Positions 7,800-15,946 of a stretch of 16,129 nt of DNA are shown piece by piece. Where the stretch lies: contig JBGGMM010000142.1 in assembly GCA_041288045.1 (NCBI GenBank), forward strand, positions 1-16,129, in the 5' to 3' direction. A program made the translations under genes and the position numbers. Numbering within the stretch: position 1 is the stretch's first letter; each line of letters begins with the position of its first letter. The notes under the pieces were generated by a model. That model ran no database searches, was not told the origin of the DNA, and saw only the letters and a program-made list of their open reading frames with translations. The DNA comes from Pseudobdellovibrionaceae bacterium. Its GTDB lineage: Bacteria; Bdellovibrionota; Bdellovibrionia; Bdellovibrionales; Bdellovibrionaceae.

Positions 7800-10682
7800 C
7801 TATGCCTGTGCCGTTGGAGCTTGAGTGAGCTCGCGAGCGACTTCTTCTTTGATGAAGGCTTCGATCACATCGCCGACTTTGATGTCGTTAAAGTTCTCAA
7901 TACCAATCCCGCATTCAAAGCCAGTAGCCACTTCGCGCGCGTCATCTTTAAATCGCTTGAGCGACGAGATTTTTCCTTCGTAAACGATCTTTCCATCGCG
8001 AATGAGGCGAGCCAAATTGCTTCGTTGAATTTTGCCATCGTTGACAAAACAACCAGCAATCATGCCGATCTTTGGAACGTTGAAAGTGTTTCGAACTTCG
8101 GCTCGGCCCATGACTTTTTCGACAATATCTGGAGTAAGAAGTCCGGCCATTGCTTTTTTCATATCGTCCATCATTTCATAGACGATGGAGTAAGTGCGAA
8201 TCTCGACACCGGTTCGCTTGGCCGCACTGTTCGCTCCACTATCAGGGCGAACGTTGAAGCCGACGATAACTCCCTTAGCTGTTTGCGCCAAAAGGACATC
8301 GGACTCTGTGATCCCACCGACGGCTGAATGAATGACTTTCACTTTCACTTCAGGAGTGGACAATTTTTTGAACATTCCGTTGATGGCTTCCATGGAACCC
8401 ATCACATCGGATTTCAAAACCACAGCCAGCTCTTTGACATCTCCTTGTTTCACTTTTGAGAAAATATCTTCCAGTGAAATTTTGGCTTGAGGAGCATTGG
8501 CTTTATCCGCCTGCTGTTTGCGGATTTGGACCACGTCTTCAGCAACTCGCTCATCTTTGACAATGTCAAATTGATCTCCGGCCAAAGGGGTTCCGTTCAA
8601 TCCCAGAACTTCGACTGGCATTCCGGGACCTGCTTCCATGACTTTTTCACCGCGATCATTGGTCAGACTTTTCACTCGACCCATGACAGCTCCAGCCACA
8701 ATGGAGTCGCCGACTTTGACAGTTCCATCTTGAACCAGAATGGTGGCGACATTTCCACGGCCTTTTTCAAGCCGTGCTTCGATCACTGCACCAGTTCCAG
8801 GACGCTTCGGAGTGGCTTTCAATTCACTGACTTCAGCAATCAAATGAATCTGCTCGAGAAGTTCTTTGATTCCTGTTTTCTTTAAAGCAGAGACACCAAC
8901 AAACATTGTCGATCCGCCCCACTCTTCTGGAACCACTTCGTATTCTGTGAGCTGTTGTTTGATTCGATCCGGATTGGCGCCCGGTTTATCCATTTTGTTG
9001 ATAGCAATAATCATTGGCACTTCGGCCGCTTTCGCATGGCTGATAGCCTCTGCTGTTTGCGGCATCACACCATCATCAGCTGCTACCACGATAATTGCGA
9101 TGTCCGTGACATTGGCTCCCCGCGCTCGCATGGCCGTAAAAGCTTCGTGGCCGGGAGTATCAAGGAACGTAATGCTGTGACCATCTTCGGTTTTGACTTG
9201 GTAAGCACCGATATGCTGAGTGATCCCCCCGGCTTCACCGGCGGCCACATTGGCATTTCGAATGACATCCAAAAGCGAAGTTTTCCCATGATCGACGTGT
9301 CCCATGATTGTCACCACTGGAGCACGCACCACTTGGTCTTCCGCTTTGGCTTCACTTCCGGAAGTTTCTAGAATCACTTCTTCAGCCGATTTAAAAGCAT
9401 TCACAGCTTCAAAACCAAAATCAGGAACGACCAAAGAAATGGTGTCAAAATCCAGATCTGTGTTCATGGAAGCCATCACGCCTTCTTTCATCAATTTCTT
9501 GATGAGCTCAGGAGCTTTCACTCCCATTTCCATGGCCAGGTCTCCGACTTTCATCGTTTGATTGACCTTCACAACTCGCTTCGAGGCTTTGGGTTTGGTG
9601 ATTTGAGTTTGCATGGCTGGTCGACTGAGGAGTCCTTTTTTCTTTTTCGGTTGGAAAACCATTTCGCGCTTTCTGAATTCAGCAGCGTCGAAATGTTTGA
9701 CTTCTCCTTCTTCTGTCGCCGATTTAGCAGGGCCCGCAGCCTCAGTTGGGCTTTTCAAATTGCGTCGTTTATCATCGCGTCGACGAGCATCTGGTGATTC
9801 GACCACTTCCGGAATAGGAGCTGCTTGTTGGATAAATCCAGTGCGCAGATTGCCTTTGGGTCTTGGACCACCTGGGCCTCCACCCATGGGCGGCCGAGGT
9901 CCTCCCTGAGGACGATCACCGCGTGGGCCCTGAGGCTGACTCTGCACTCGGCTGAGATCCATACGGCCGATGATGTTTCGGCGAGGAGATGGACTGCTGG
10001 CAACTCCGCTGTTGCCAATGGCCACTTCTTTTTTGCGAGGTGGACCCACAACCATTTTTTTAGCACTGTCATCAGCTGCTGGAGGTGCTTCTGGCGAAGC
10101 AGCTGCAACTGGTGGTGCGGCTTCAACTGCAGGTGCAGCAACAACTAAATCAGGAGCCGGAACTGCTGCTGGTGCCTGGGGCATTGCTGCTGGCGCAGGT
10201 TGAGTTGCGGCCGGAGTCGCTGCTGCAACAACTGCTGGAGTTGGCGCTTCAGGAGCCGTTTCGGCCTGCAGCTCGACAGATTCTTCACCAGATAAATCTT
10301 TGGAAGCTGCTTCTTCGGCTGTTTTGATTTTTCGACGAACCACCGTTCCAGCTGGCTTTGCCGCTGGCGCTGCAGGTGCTGCTGCTTCTTTTTTTGCCGC
10401 GGCTTTAGGCGCCGTTTTTGGCGCTGATGTCCGAGTGGCTGCTTTGGTCGCTGTCGAAGTCGGACTGGCCGCTTTTTTACGAGCAGGAGCTTTCTTTTCA
10501 GCTGTCCCTTCAGAGGACTTTGGCGATTCATTGAGTTTGGCTTTGATTGCTTCAAGAACGCTGGGCTCAAGTTCTGCCATGTGAGATTTCACAGGCAAAT
10601 GCCATTCGCGGATTTTATCCATGAGGGCGAGCGGGGTCATCCCGACTTCTTTGGCAAATTCAAAAACTTTTGGATTACTCAC
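7800..10682 (-). CDS. infB: Translation initiation factor IF-2
   Basis: G-domain motifs [30 protein letters not shown] and NKMD, with C-terminal SLKRFKDD...ECGIG. N-terminal IF2N domain followed by a long Ala/Pro-rich linker. GTG start with AAGGAG RBS. Confidence 0.99.
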   Translation of the reverse strand: MSNPKVFEFAKEVGMTPLALMDKIREWHLPVKSHMAELEPSVLEAIKAKLNESPKSSEGTAEKKAPARKKAASPTSTATKAATRTSAPKTAPKAAAKKEAAAPAAPAAKPAGTVVRRKIKTAEEAASKDLSGEESVELQAETAPEAPTPAVVAAATPAATQPAPAAMPQAPAAVPAPDLVVAAPAVEAAPPVAAASPEAPPAADDSAKKMVVGPPRKKEVAIGNSGVASSPSPRRNIIGRMDLSRVQSQPQGPRGDRPQGGPRPPMGGGPGGPRPKGNLRTGFIQQAAPIPEVVESPDARRRDDKRRNLKSPTEAAGPAKSATEEGEVKHFDAAEFRKREMVFQPKKKKGLLSRPAMQTQITKPKASKRVVKVNQTMKVGDLAMEMGVKAPELIKKLMKEGVMASMNTDLDFDTISLVVPDFGFEAVNAFKSAEEVILETSGSEAKAEDQVVRAPVVTIMGHVDHGKTSLLDVIRNANVAAGEAGGITQHIGAYQVKTEDGHSITFLDTPGHEAFTAMRARGANVTDIAIIVVAADDGVMPQTAEAISHAKAAEVPMIIAINKMDKPGANPDRIKQQLTEYEVVPEEWGGSTMFVGVSALKKTGIKELLEQIHLIAEVSELKATPKRPGTGAVIEARLEKGRGNVATILVQDGTVKVGDSIVAGAVMGRVKSLTNDRGEKVMEAGPGMPVEVLGLNGTPLAGDQFDIVKDERVAEDVVQIRKQQADKANAPQAKISLEDIFSKVKQGDVKELAVVLKSDVMGSMEAINGMFKKLSTPEVKVKVIHSAVGGITESDVLLAQTAKGVIVGFNVRPDSGANSAAKRTGVEIRTYSIVYEMMDDMKKAMAGLLTPDIVEKVMGRAEVRNTFNVPKIGMIAGCFVNDGKIQRSNLARLIRDGKIVYEGKISSLKRFKDDAREVATGFECGIGIENFNDIKVGDVIEAFIKEEVARELTQAPTAQA

Positions 10683-10701
10683 TCAGACTCCTTCGTCTTT
10701 C

Positions 10702-12105
10702 TTATTCAGCGTCGTTGCCGCTTTCTTCATTTTGAAGCTTTTCAAGCTCCTGCTTAAGGCGCAAATCCGCTTGAGATTTGGCATCTCCTGAAGCTTTTGC
10801 TGCCGCTTGCGCTTGTGGCGACGTTGGCACTGGAATGCCTTCTTTCTCGTATTTCGCGATCACAGCTTGGGCTTCATTCTTGAGCTTTTCAGCTTTGTCT
10901 GGATCTTCGTATCCAGGAATTGTCATCAACTCTTCAACTGGGGCCTGTGCCACTGCTTGGAAAGAGCCAAAGCCACTTTGGAAAATATTTTGCGCCATTG
11001 TGTCCGTCATACCTGGGATCAGCATGAGATTGAAAATACTCTCTGCTGTTCGCGCCGAAGCGGAAGTTTCAGAGATGATGTCGATTTTCCAACCGGTGAG
11101 TTTTGCGGCCAAACGCACGTTTTGTCCACGTTTTCCGATGGCCAAGCTCAATTGATTGTCAGGCACCACAATTTCAAGTTCTTTATTTTCTTCATCCATG
11201 AAAACCCGCGAAATTTCTGCAGGCGCCAAAGCGTTACAAGCAAAGCGAGTGACGTCTTCGTCCCAAGGAACGATGTCGATTTTCTCGCCTTTGAGTTCTT
11301 GGACGATGTTCTGAACTCGAGTTCCCTTCATGCCGACGCAAGCGCCGACTGGATCCACGGAACTGTCTTTGGAGCGCACGGCGATTTTGGCGCGAGCACC
11401 AGGCTCACGGGCAGCTGCCATGATCTCGACGATGCCGTCATAAATTTCAGGAACTTCCATTTCAAAAAGTTTCACTAAGTATTCGGAAGCGGCGCGCGAC
11501 ATGATGATCTGCGGACCGCGGGTGGTCTGACGAACTTCTGAGAGATAACCTTGAATGCGATCGCCAGGCTTGTAGACTTCGCCAGGGATTTGTTCGCGCG
11601 GCGGAATGTAAGCTTCGGTTCGGCCTAAATCGACGACAATTGCGCCTCTTTCCACACGGCGGGCAATCCCTGAAGCGATTTCCCCTTTGCGTGATTCGAA
11701 TTCATTGAAAATGATTTCGCGTTCGGCATCGCGGACTTTTTGCATGATGATTTGTTTGGCTGTTTGAGCTGCGATTCGGCCGAGCTCTGTTGAATCCAGC
11801 TTGATCCCGATGGAGTCATCGAGTTGCGCTTGTGGATCTAACTTCAGAGCTTCGTCCAATGGGATTTCAACTTCTTCATCGATGAATTTTTCACGCGGCA
11901 CGACTTCTTTGAATTCGAAAAGTTCAATTTCTCCGGTCTCTTCATTGTAAGAGGCTTCAATTTCACGGTAGGTGCCGTATTTTTTACGGGCGGCGACGAG
12001 CATTCCTTGAGTGATGGCTTCGATCACTAAATTGCGATCAATCCCCTTGTCTTTTCCGACTTGCTCAATGACGCGCGCCAGATCCGAAAACATATTATCA
12101 GCCAT
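10702..12105 (-). CDS. nusA: Transcription termination/antitermination factor NusA
   Basis: GRIAAQTAKQII, AREPGARAKIAV, DPVGACVGMKG and SLAIGKRGQNVRLA motifs, C-terminal HhH-like region. GAGGT RBS. Confidence 0.99.
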   Translation of the reverse strand: MADNMFSDLARVIEQVGKDKGIDRNLVIEAITQGMLVAARKKYGTYREIEASYNEETGEIELFEFKEVVPREKFIDEEVEIPLDEALKLDPQAQLDDSIGIKLDSTELGRIAAQTAKQIIMQKVRDAEREIIFNEFESRKGEIASGIARRVERGAIVVDLGRTEAYIPPREQIPGEVYKPGDRIQGYLSEVRQTTRGPQIIMSRAASEYLVKLFEMEVPEIYDGIVEIMAAAREPGARAKIAVRSKDSSVDPVGACVGMKGTRVQNIVQELKGEKIDIVPWDEDVTRFACNALAPAEISRVFMDEENKELEIVVPDNQLSLAIGKRGQNVRLAAKLTGWKIDIISETSASARTAESIFNLMLIPGMTDTMAQNIFQSGFGSFQAVAQAPVEELMTIPGYEDPDKAEKLKNEAQAVIAKYEKEGIPVPTSPQAQAAAKASGDAKSQADLRLKQELEKLQNEESGNDAE

Positions 12106-12114
12106 AATTACCTC

Positions 12115-12663
12115 TTACTTCTTATGAGCACCCTTTTTCGGGTGTCCTTTTTTTTCGTGTTTTCCTTCAGTAAAATCAAAATGCGTTTTAGCTTTTTCAA
12201 TGGCTGTAAAGGGGATGAGGATTTGCTCTTCTCCCACTTGCACAGTCACACCCTCAGCGGAAACAGCGAGCAGAGTTTCTGTGAGCTGTTTGGCGGCTTT
12301 CAGTTTTTTATCCTGACTGCCGAAAGCTTCGAGAGCTTTGCTGGTTTTCAGCCAGATCTTCTTTCCGATCTGCTGCTCAAAGTGCCAGTCCTTTTTCAAA
12401 GGTCTTTCCAATCCTGGTGAAGAGACTTCGAGATTGTATTTGCCACCAGGGATCGGGTCTTCCACATCGAGGAGCAGATTCAGACCGCGAGAGACATTGC
12501 TGCAGTCCTCGATCCCGACGCCGCCTTCTTTGTCGATGAAGACTCTCAAGGTGCGTCCTTGGGCACCGCCGGCGAATTCGATGTCGTAAATTCTCACACC
12601 TTCGCGAGTTGCGACTTCGGCGGCGAGGGTTTCAATTTTTTGGAGTGTGGTTTCAGAAATCAT
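12115..12663 (-). CDS. rimP: Ribosome maturation factor RimP
   Basis: LRVFIDKEGGVGIEDC and YNLEVSSPGLERPL motifs. Lies directly upstream of nusA. Confidence 0.98.
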   Translation of the reverse strand: MISETTLQKIETLAAEVATREGVRIYDIEFAGGAQGRTLRVFIDKEGGVGIEDCSNVSRGLNLLLDVEDPIPGGKYNLEVSSPGLERPLKKDWHFEQQIGKKIWLKTSKALEAFGSQDKKLKAAKQLTETLLAVSAEGVTVQVGEEQILIPFTAIEKAKTHFDFTEGKHEKKGHPKKGAHKK

Positions 12664-12668
12664 GGAAT

Positions 12669-12758
12669 TATTCAGTTTTTCTATTCAGTTTTTTATTCAA
12701 ATTTTATATTCAGTTTTAATATTCAATTGTTTTATTCAATTTTCGTAGTCAGTTTTGA
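12669..12758. repeat. Seven degenerate ~13-bp AT-rich tandem repeats (TATTCARTTTTnn; AAAAYUGAAUA on the mRNA)
   Basis: Copies start at 12669, 12682, 12694, 12707, 12720, 12733 and 12746. Confidence 0.9.
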
Positions 12759-12784
12759 TTGGGTTTTTAGAGGCTCTGGGCCTT

Positions 12785-12818
12785 AAAAAACAAAAAGTGG
12801 GCTGCTTCCAGCCCACTT
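12785..12818 (-). promoter_or_regulatory. rimP-leader attenuator hairpin (terminator-like)
   Basis: AAGUGGGCUG-GAAG-CAGCCCACUU followed by UUUGUUUUUU. Matches the known GGGC...GCCC rimP-leader motif found upstream of rimP-nusA-infB. Confidence 0.85.
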
Positions 12819-12829
12819 CCAACTGGGCC

Positions 12830-12858
12830 AAACTAGCAAAATCTCTCGATGAAATCAA
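12830..12858 (-). promoter_or_regulatory. Putative sigma70 promoter of the rimP operon
   Basis: TTGATT (12858-12853), 17-bp spacer, TAGTTT (12835-12830) preceded by an extended -10 TGn. Sits just before the leader hairpin. Confidence 0.65.
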
Positions 12859-12862
12859 GGGG

Positions 12863-13297
12863 CTAGCTTTTTTTGCTCAGACTGTAAAGCTTGGCTGCTG
12901 AGCCATCACTATAATAGCCGCCGCGCCGGCCATCACAGCGAAATCCTAATTTTTCATAGAGTTTCTGTGCTGGTAAATTGTCCTCATGCACTTCCAACCA
13001 GATGTGACGCTCTCTGTTAAAACGCTCAATCAGGTCTTTCAGCAAAGCTTCCATCAGACCCTGCTGGAGGTAGATGGATTTGGTGGCAAGGATGCTGATC
13101 TCCCAGGCTTCGATTGAATCTCGAAGGCAAACAAAGGCTTGGACTTCGTCGGCTTCTGCTAAAACCCAGGTTTGCGAGAAATTGAATTCATTGCGAAAAG
13201 CGTTTTCATTCCAATTAAAGGCTGGCGATTGATAAGGGGAGATCAAATCCAAAAGCTGAACGAGGTCCCCGTGAGTGGCAAGGCGAATCTGCGCCAT
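12863..13297 (-). CDS. RimI-like GNAT N-acetyltransferase
   Basis: WLEVHEDNLPAQKLYEKLGF...RGGYY is RimI-type. Start moved to ATG 13297 (MAQIRLA, 144 aa), 10 nt after the upstream stop, because the longer ORF overlaps the upstream gene. Confidence 0.85.
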   Translation of the reverse strand: MAQIRLATHGDLVQLLDLISPYQSPAFNWNENAFRNEFNFSQTWVLAEADEVQAFVCLRDSIEAWEISILATKSIYLQQGLMEALLKDLIERFNRERHIWLEVHEDNLPAQKLYEKLGFRCDGRRGGYYSDGSAAKLYSLSKKS

Positions 13298-13307
13298 TCT
13301 TTCTGCC

Positions 13308-14021
13308 CTAGCCCGCTTGGCCGAGGTAACGAACTCGGTATTTGCGTTTGAGAATTTCAAACCAGTCTTTGAGTTTTTCTTGAAGCTGCTCCTGAGCGAG
13401 GACCTCTTTGATGCTGCCTTTGAATTGCGAAAAAGGAAGACTGCCAAATTTCACTCGATTTTTGTCATAGAAGGCTTTGGCTTCTTCATCGGAAATCTGC
13501 ACTCCTGAAGACTCCATCTTGAATTTCAGAAAATTTTTTGCTCGCAGTTTTCTTTTGATCAACATTTGAATTTCAGCCGAGCTGATTTCAAGCTCTTTCC
13601 AAGCAGGCCATCCTTTCACTTGCACTTCTAAGTGCTTTTCAAGGCTGCTGACATCTTCATTGCTGACAGTTCCAATCGAAAAATTCTCAGCTTCCAACTG
13701 AACCACAATCTCTAAAAGGATTTGTGCCAAGTGCTTGCTGTAGGCTTCGCTTTTGACTTTGAGAATCCAATTTTTTCGATCTGGAAGAGCTCCTGATTGA
13801 ATCGGCAGCGCCAGGGCCTCATCCAAAATATTTGAAATGATCACTTCCCGACTGGTGACGACGAAGGGGCCAGCTTGGGCGACAGCTTCAGAAACAGTTT
13901 CGACTTGCGGCCGTGGTTGGTAAAGCAAAGGCTCTGAAGCCTTTGGCGGCGCTTGTGAAAAGCCCCACTGGGGAAATAAAAAAGGAGTTAAAAAAAGAAG
14001 AAAAAGAGAAAAGCACTTCAC
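13308..14021 (-). CDS. Exported SurA/PrsA N-terminal-domain-like chaperone with no evident PPIase domain
   Basis: Probable GTG start at 14021 gives a signal peptide (KCFSLFLLFLTPFLFPQWGFS). AVAQAGPFVVTSREV, ISDEEAKAFYDKN and EKLKDWFEILKRKYRVRY resemble SurA/PrsA N- and C-terminal segments. Confidence 0.6.
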   Translation of the reverse strand: MKCFSLFLLFLTPFLFPQWGFSQAPPKASEPLLYQPRPQVETVSEAVAQAGPFVVTSREVIISNILDEALALPIQSGALPDRKNWILKVKSEAYSKHLAQILLEIVVQLEAENFSIGTVSNEDVSSLEKHLEVQVKGWPAWKELEISSAEIQMLIKRKLRAKNFLKFKMESSGVQISDEEAKAFYDKNRVKFGSLPFSQFKGSIKEVLAQEQLQEKLKDWFEILKRKYRVRYLGQAG

Positions 14022-14070
14022 TCTTCTTATGCTGCCCGAAGACTCTGTCCGAGTCCAGTCCAGGCCCTGC

Positions 14071-14107
14071 AAATAGAAAAGGCCTGGCTTTTGAGGGCCA
14101 GGCCTTT
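14071..14107 (-). terminator. Rho-independent terminator downstream of the beta-barrel gene
   Basis: AAAGGCCUGGC-CCUCAAAA-GCCAGGCCUUUUCUAUUU on the minus strand. Confidence 0.85.
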
Positions 14108-14174
14108 GAAGCTTTGAGGATCCATCACCGCTAGATCCTCTTTTTGGAGAGGAGAACTCAAATCAAATTCAAAT

Positions 14175-15413
14175 TTAGAAAGTGGCGCGTCCAACCACAG
14201 AGAAATTATAATAATTCATCTCTTCGATTGGAGTGTATTTCGTCTGGTTTTGGTAAATCGAAGACTTTTGCAAAGTCGTTCCATTCACTTTGTTGGTCAT
14301 ATTCCACATGTAGCGATAATCCAGACCCAAGGCGAAATCTTCACTGAGCTCCAGCGAAGCACCCAGCATCAGACCCGCATCCAGAGCTTGCGAGCTCACA
14401 GTGGCATCCGATAAACCAAACTGTTTATCTGTAAAAGTTCGATACGTGTAGCTCATCAAACCACCGACTTCAGGACGGATGCTTCCAGCGAGCATTTGGT
14501 ATTTCACCAGACCAGCTGTGCCGTATTGATTCATGTCTGTGATACGAGGATAATACTCGCAACCACCGTAGCCATTGGCCACACAGCCGCCGTTGCCGGG
14601 AGCTGGCATTTGCTCGACTTGGTAATTGGAATAGTTCAAAGATAATTCACCCACGACTCGGTCTGTGAAGTATTTCCCGAAGGCAACCCCTAAAGAGTAT
14701 TGGCCTTTGACGTTGCGGGCATCTGGGTATTCGCCAGAACCGGCCATCACTGAGAAATAACTTTTCTTGGCGGGCTTTTCTTCTGGAGTCTGAGTGGTTT
14801 TCAGTTCGGCCAAAGCCGCAGTGACTTCGCCACGAATCGCTTCGCGATCCAATTTGTCTTCTTCTTTTTGCACGACAACAGGAGCTGGCTGAACCACTTG
14901 CTCAGGCACCACAACTGGCATCAGAGGAGCGGGTTGCGGCTGTTGGTTTTTATTTGCCAATGAATTGAACTTATCGCCAAACAAAACTTCGGCGCGGTTC
15001 TTTTCGTCTTCCAAGCGCGATTGCTCGAGCTTTTCGACAATTTTTTGCTCTGTATTCAGCTCAGCATCCTGGCGGGATTTTCTGAGTTTCTCAGCACCCG
15101 ATTCCACCAGAGGAGTGGCCTCAACATAAGTGGTGGGTTGCTTTTGCAAAACCACAGGCGCAGTTTGCACTTGGGTTTGCGTCGGCATCTGGGTCGATGC
15201 TTGGTAAGTGTTCTGAGCTGCACTCACCTGCGGTTGAGCTTGCACGTTCACTTGCACAGACGGAGCTTTTTGCGCTCTTCGAGAGCCGCTCGGCGTTGTC
15301 TGATACATGCGATCGAGCTCAGCATTCACTTCTTCATCAAGGCTCGGTTGTTGGGCCAGCACAGCGACCGGAACGACAGCTGCAAGCGCCCACAGAATTA
15401 ATGTGTGTTTCAT
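14175..15413 (-). CDS. Outer-membrane beta-barrel protein with a long N-terminal Q/P-rich and coiled-coil region
   Basis: ATG 15413 has RBS GAGGAG and a signal peptide (MKHTLILWALAAVVPVAVLA), 412 aa. The C-terminal ~175 aa are alternating amphipathic strands ending in Phe (YYNFSVVGRATF), typical of BAM substrates. Confidence 0.85.
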   Translation of the reverse strand: MKHTLILWALAAVVPVAVLAQQPSLDEEVNAELDRMYQTTPSGSRRAQKAPSVQVNVQAQPQVSAAQNTYQASTQMPTQTQVQTAPVVLQKQPTTYVEATPLVESGAEKLRKSRQDAELNTEQKIVEKLEQSRLEDEKNRAEVLFGDKFNSLANKNQQPQPAPLMPVVVPEQVVQPAPVVVQKEEDKLDREAIRGEVTAALAELKTTQTPEEKPAKKSYFSVMAGSGEYPDARNVKGQYSLGVAFGKYFTDRVVGELSLNYSNYQVEQMPAPGNGGCVANGYGGCEYYPRITDMNQYGTAGLVKYQMLAGSIRPEVGGLMSYTYRTFTDKQFGLSDATVSSQALDAGLMLGASLELSEDFALGLDYRYMWNMTNKVNGTTLQKSSIYQNQTKYTPIEEMNYYNFSVVGRATF

Positions 15414-15456
15414 GGTCTCTCCTCTAGAAACGGACTTTGAGTTCGGCATGCACAGG

Positions 15457-15491
15457 AGCAATGCCAATGCCAGCAAGCAGAGATCCTGCCA
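15457..15491 (-). promoter_or_regulatory. Two tandem sigma-54 (-24/-12) promoter motifs
   Basis: TGGCAGGATCTCTGCT (15491-15476) and TGGCATTGGCATTGCT (15472-15457). Both have exact GG-N10-GC spacing. Confidence 0.65.
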
Positions 15492-15664
15492 AGATCGGCA
15501 AGTTATTGGTTTAATTAGACATTTCCAGTGGTTAGTTTGGCATCAAAAGCTGGGGTTGAACAAAAAAGTGACAATCCTTGAGACAGTCCATGAATTTTTT
15601 TCTGATGAACTGCTTGAGCTTTGCCTGGAAATTGTGGTTTAAAGAGAACCTCTTTTCTACACGT

Positions 15665-15751
15665 GCCTCTGTGGTGGAATTGGTAGACGCGCTGGACTCA
15701 AAATCCAGTGTCCGCAAGGACGTGGGAGTTCGATTCTCCCCGGAGGCACCA
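15665..15751 (+). tRNA. tRNA-Leu (anticodon CAA)
   Basis: Acceptor stem GCCTCTG/CGGAGGC, D-loop GGAATTGGTAGA, anticodon arm CTGGA-CTCAAAA-TCCAG, long variable arm GTCC-GCAA-GGAC, T-arm GGGAG-TTCGATT-CTCCC, encoded 3' CCA. Confidence 0.98.
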
Positions 15752-15789
15752 GCCGGCTTACTTCAATAGCCGAAGGCTCATACCCCAGA

Positions 15790-15819
15790 ATTCAGGATAC
15801 GGTTAACTGTATCCTGAAT
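15790..15819. repeat. 30-bp near-perfect palindrome downstream of the tRNA
   Basis: ATTCAGGATACGG-TTAA-CTGTATCCTGAAT, with a single G/T pair. Confidence 0.85.
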
Positions 15820-15946
15820 ACCGTAAGGAATACCGAATTCTGAACAGTAATCTGTATTCTGGAAAGCCTGACATTCCCAAACCAAATGATCTCAAGCCCT
15901 GATTCTTGCATACGCAATCTTTGCAACCGAGAATCAGGAGCAGCCT

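Noticed and set aside
9755..10584. Repetitive GCT/GCA-rich DNA, alternative-frame ORFs and possible internal IF2-beta starts in infB
   Set aside because: Explained by the Ala/Pro-rich IF2 linker. I found no convincing SD plus in-frame start.
2922..12589. Many long plus-strand ORFs (e.g. 3029-3664, 4916-5443, 7794-8327, 10807-11478)
   Set aside because: They lie antisense to pnp, rpsO, infB, nusA or rimP and show no recognisable motifs, as expected for shadow ORFs of conserved genes.
12669..12758. Repeat array as a CRISPR array or oriC unwinding element
   Set aside because: No spacers or cas genes, no DnaA boxes noticed nearby, and the array lies inside an operon leader.
13298..13447. Longer N-terminus of the GNAT ORF given by the ORF track
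   Set aside because: Overlaps the upstream gene by 140 nt, and ATG 13297 gives a normal RimI length.
15414..15476. Upstream TTG start for the beta-barrel gene
   Set aside because: It overlaps the sigma-54 motifs, whereas ATG 15413 has a strong RBS and a signal peptide.
15906..15926. TTGCA...TTGCA as a sigma-54 promoter
   Set aside because: No GG at the -24 position.
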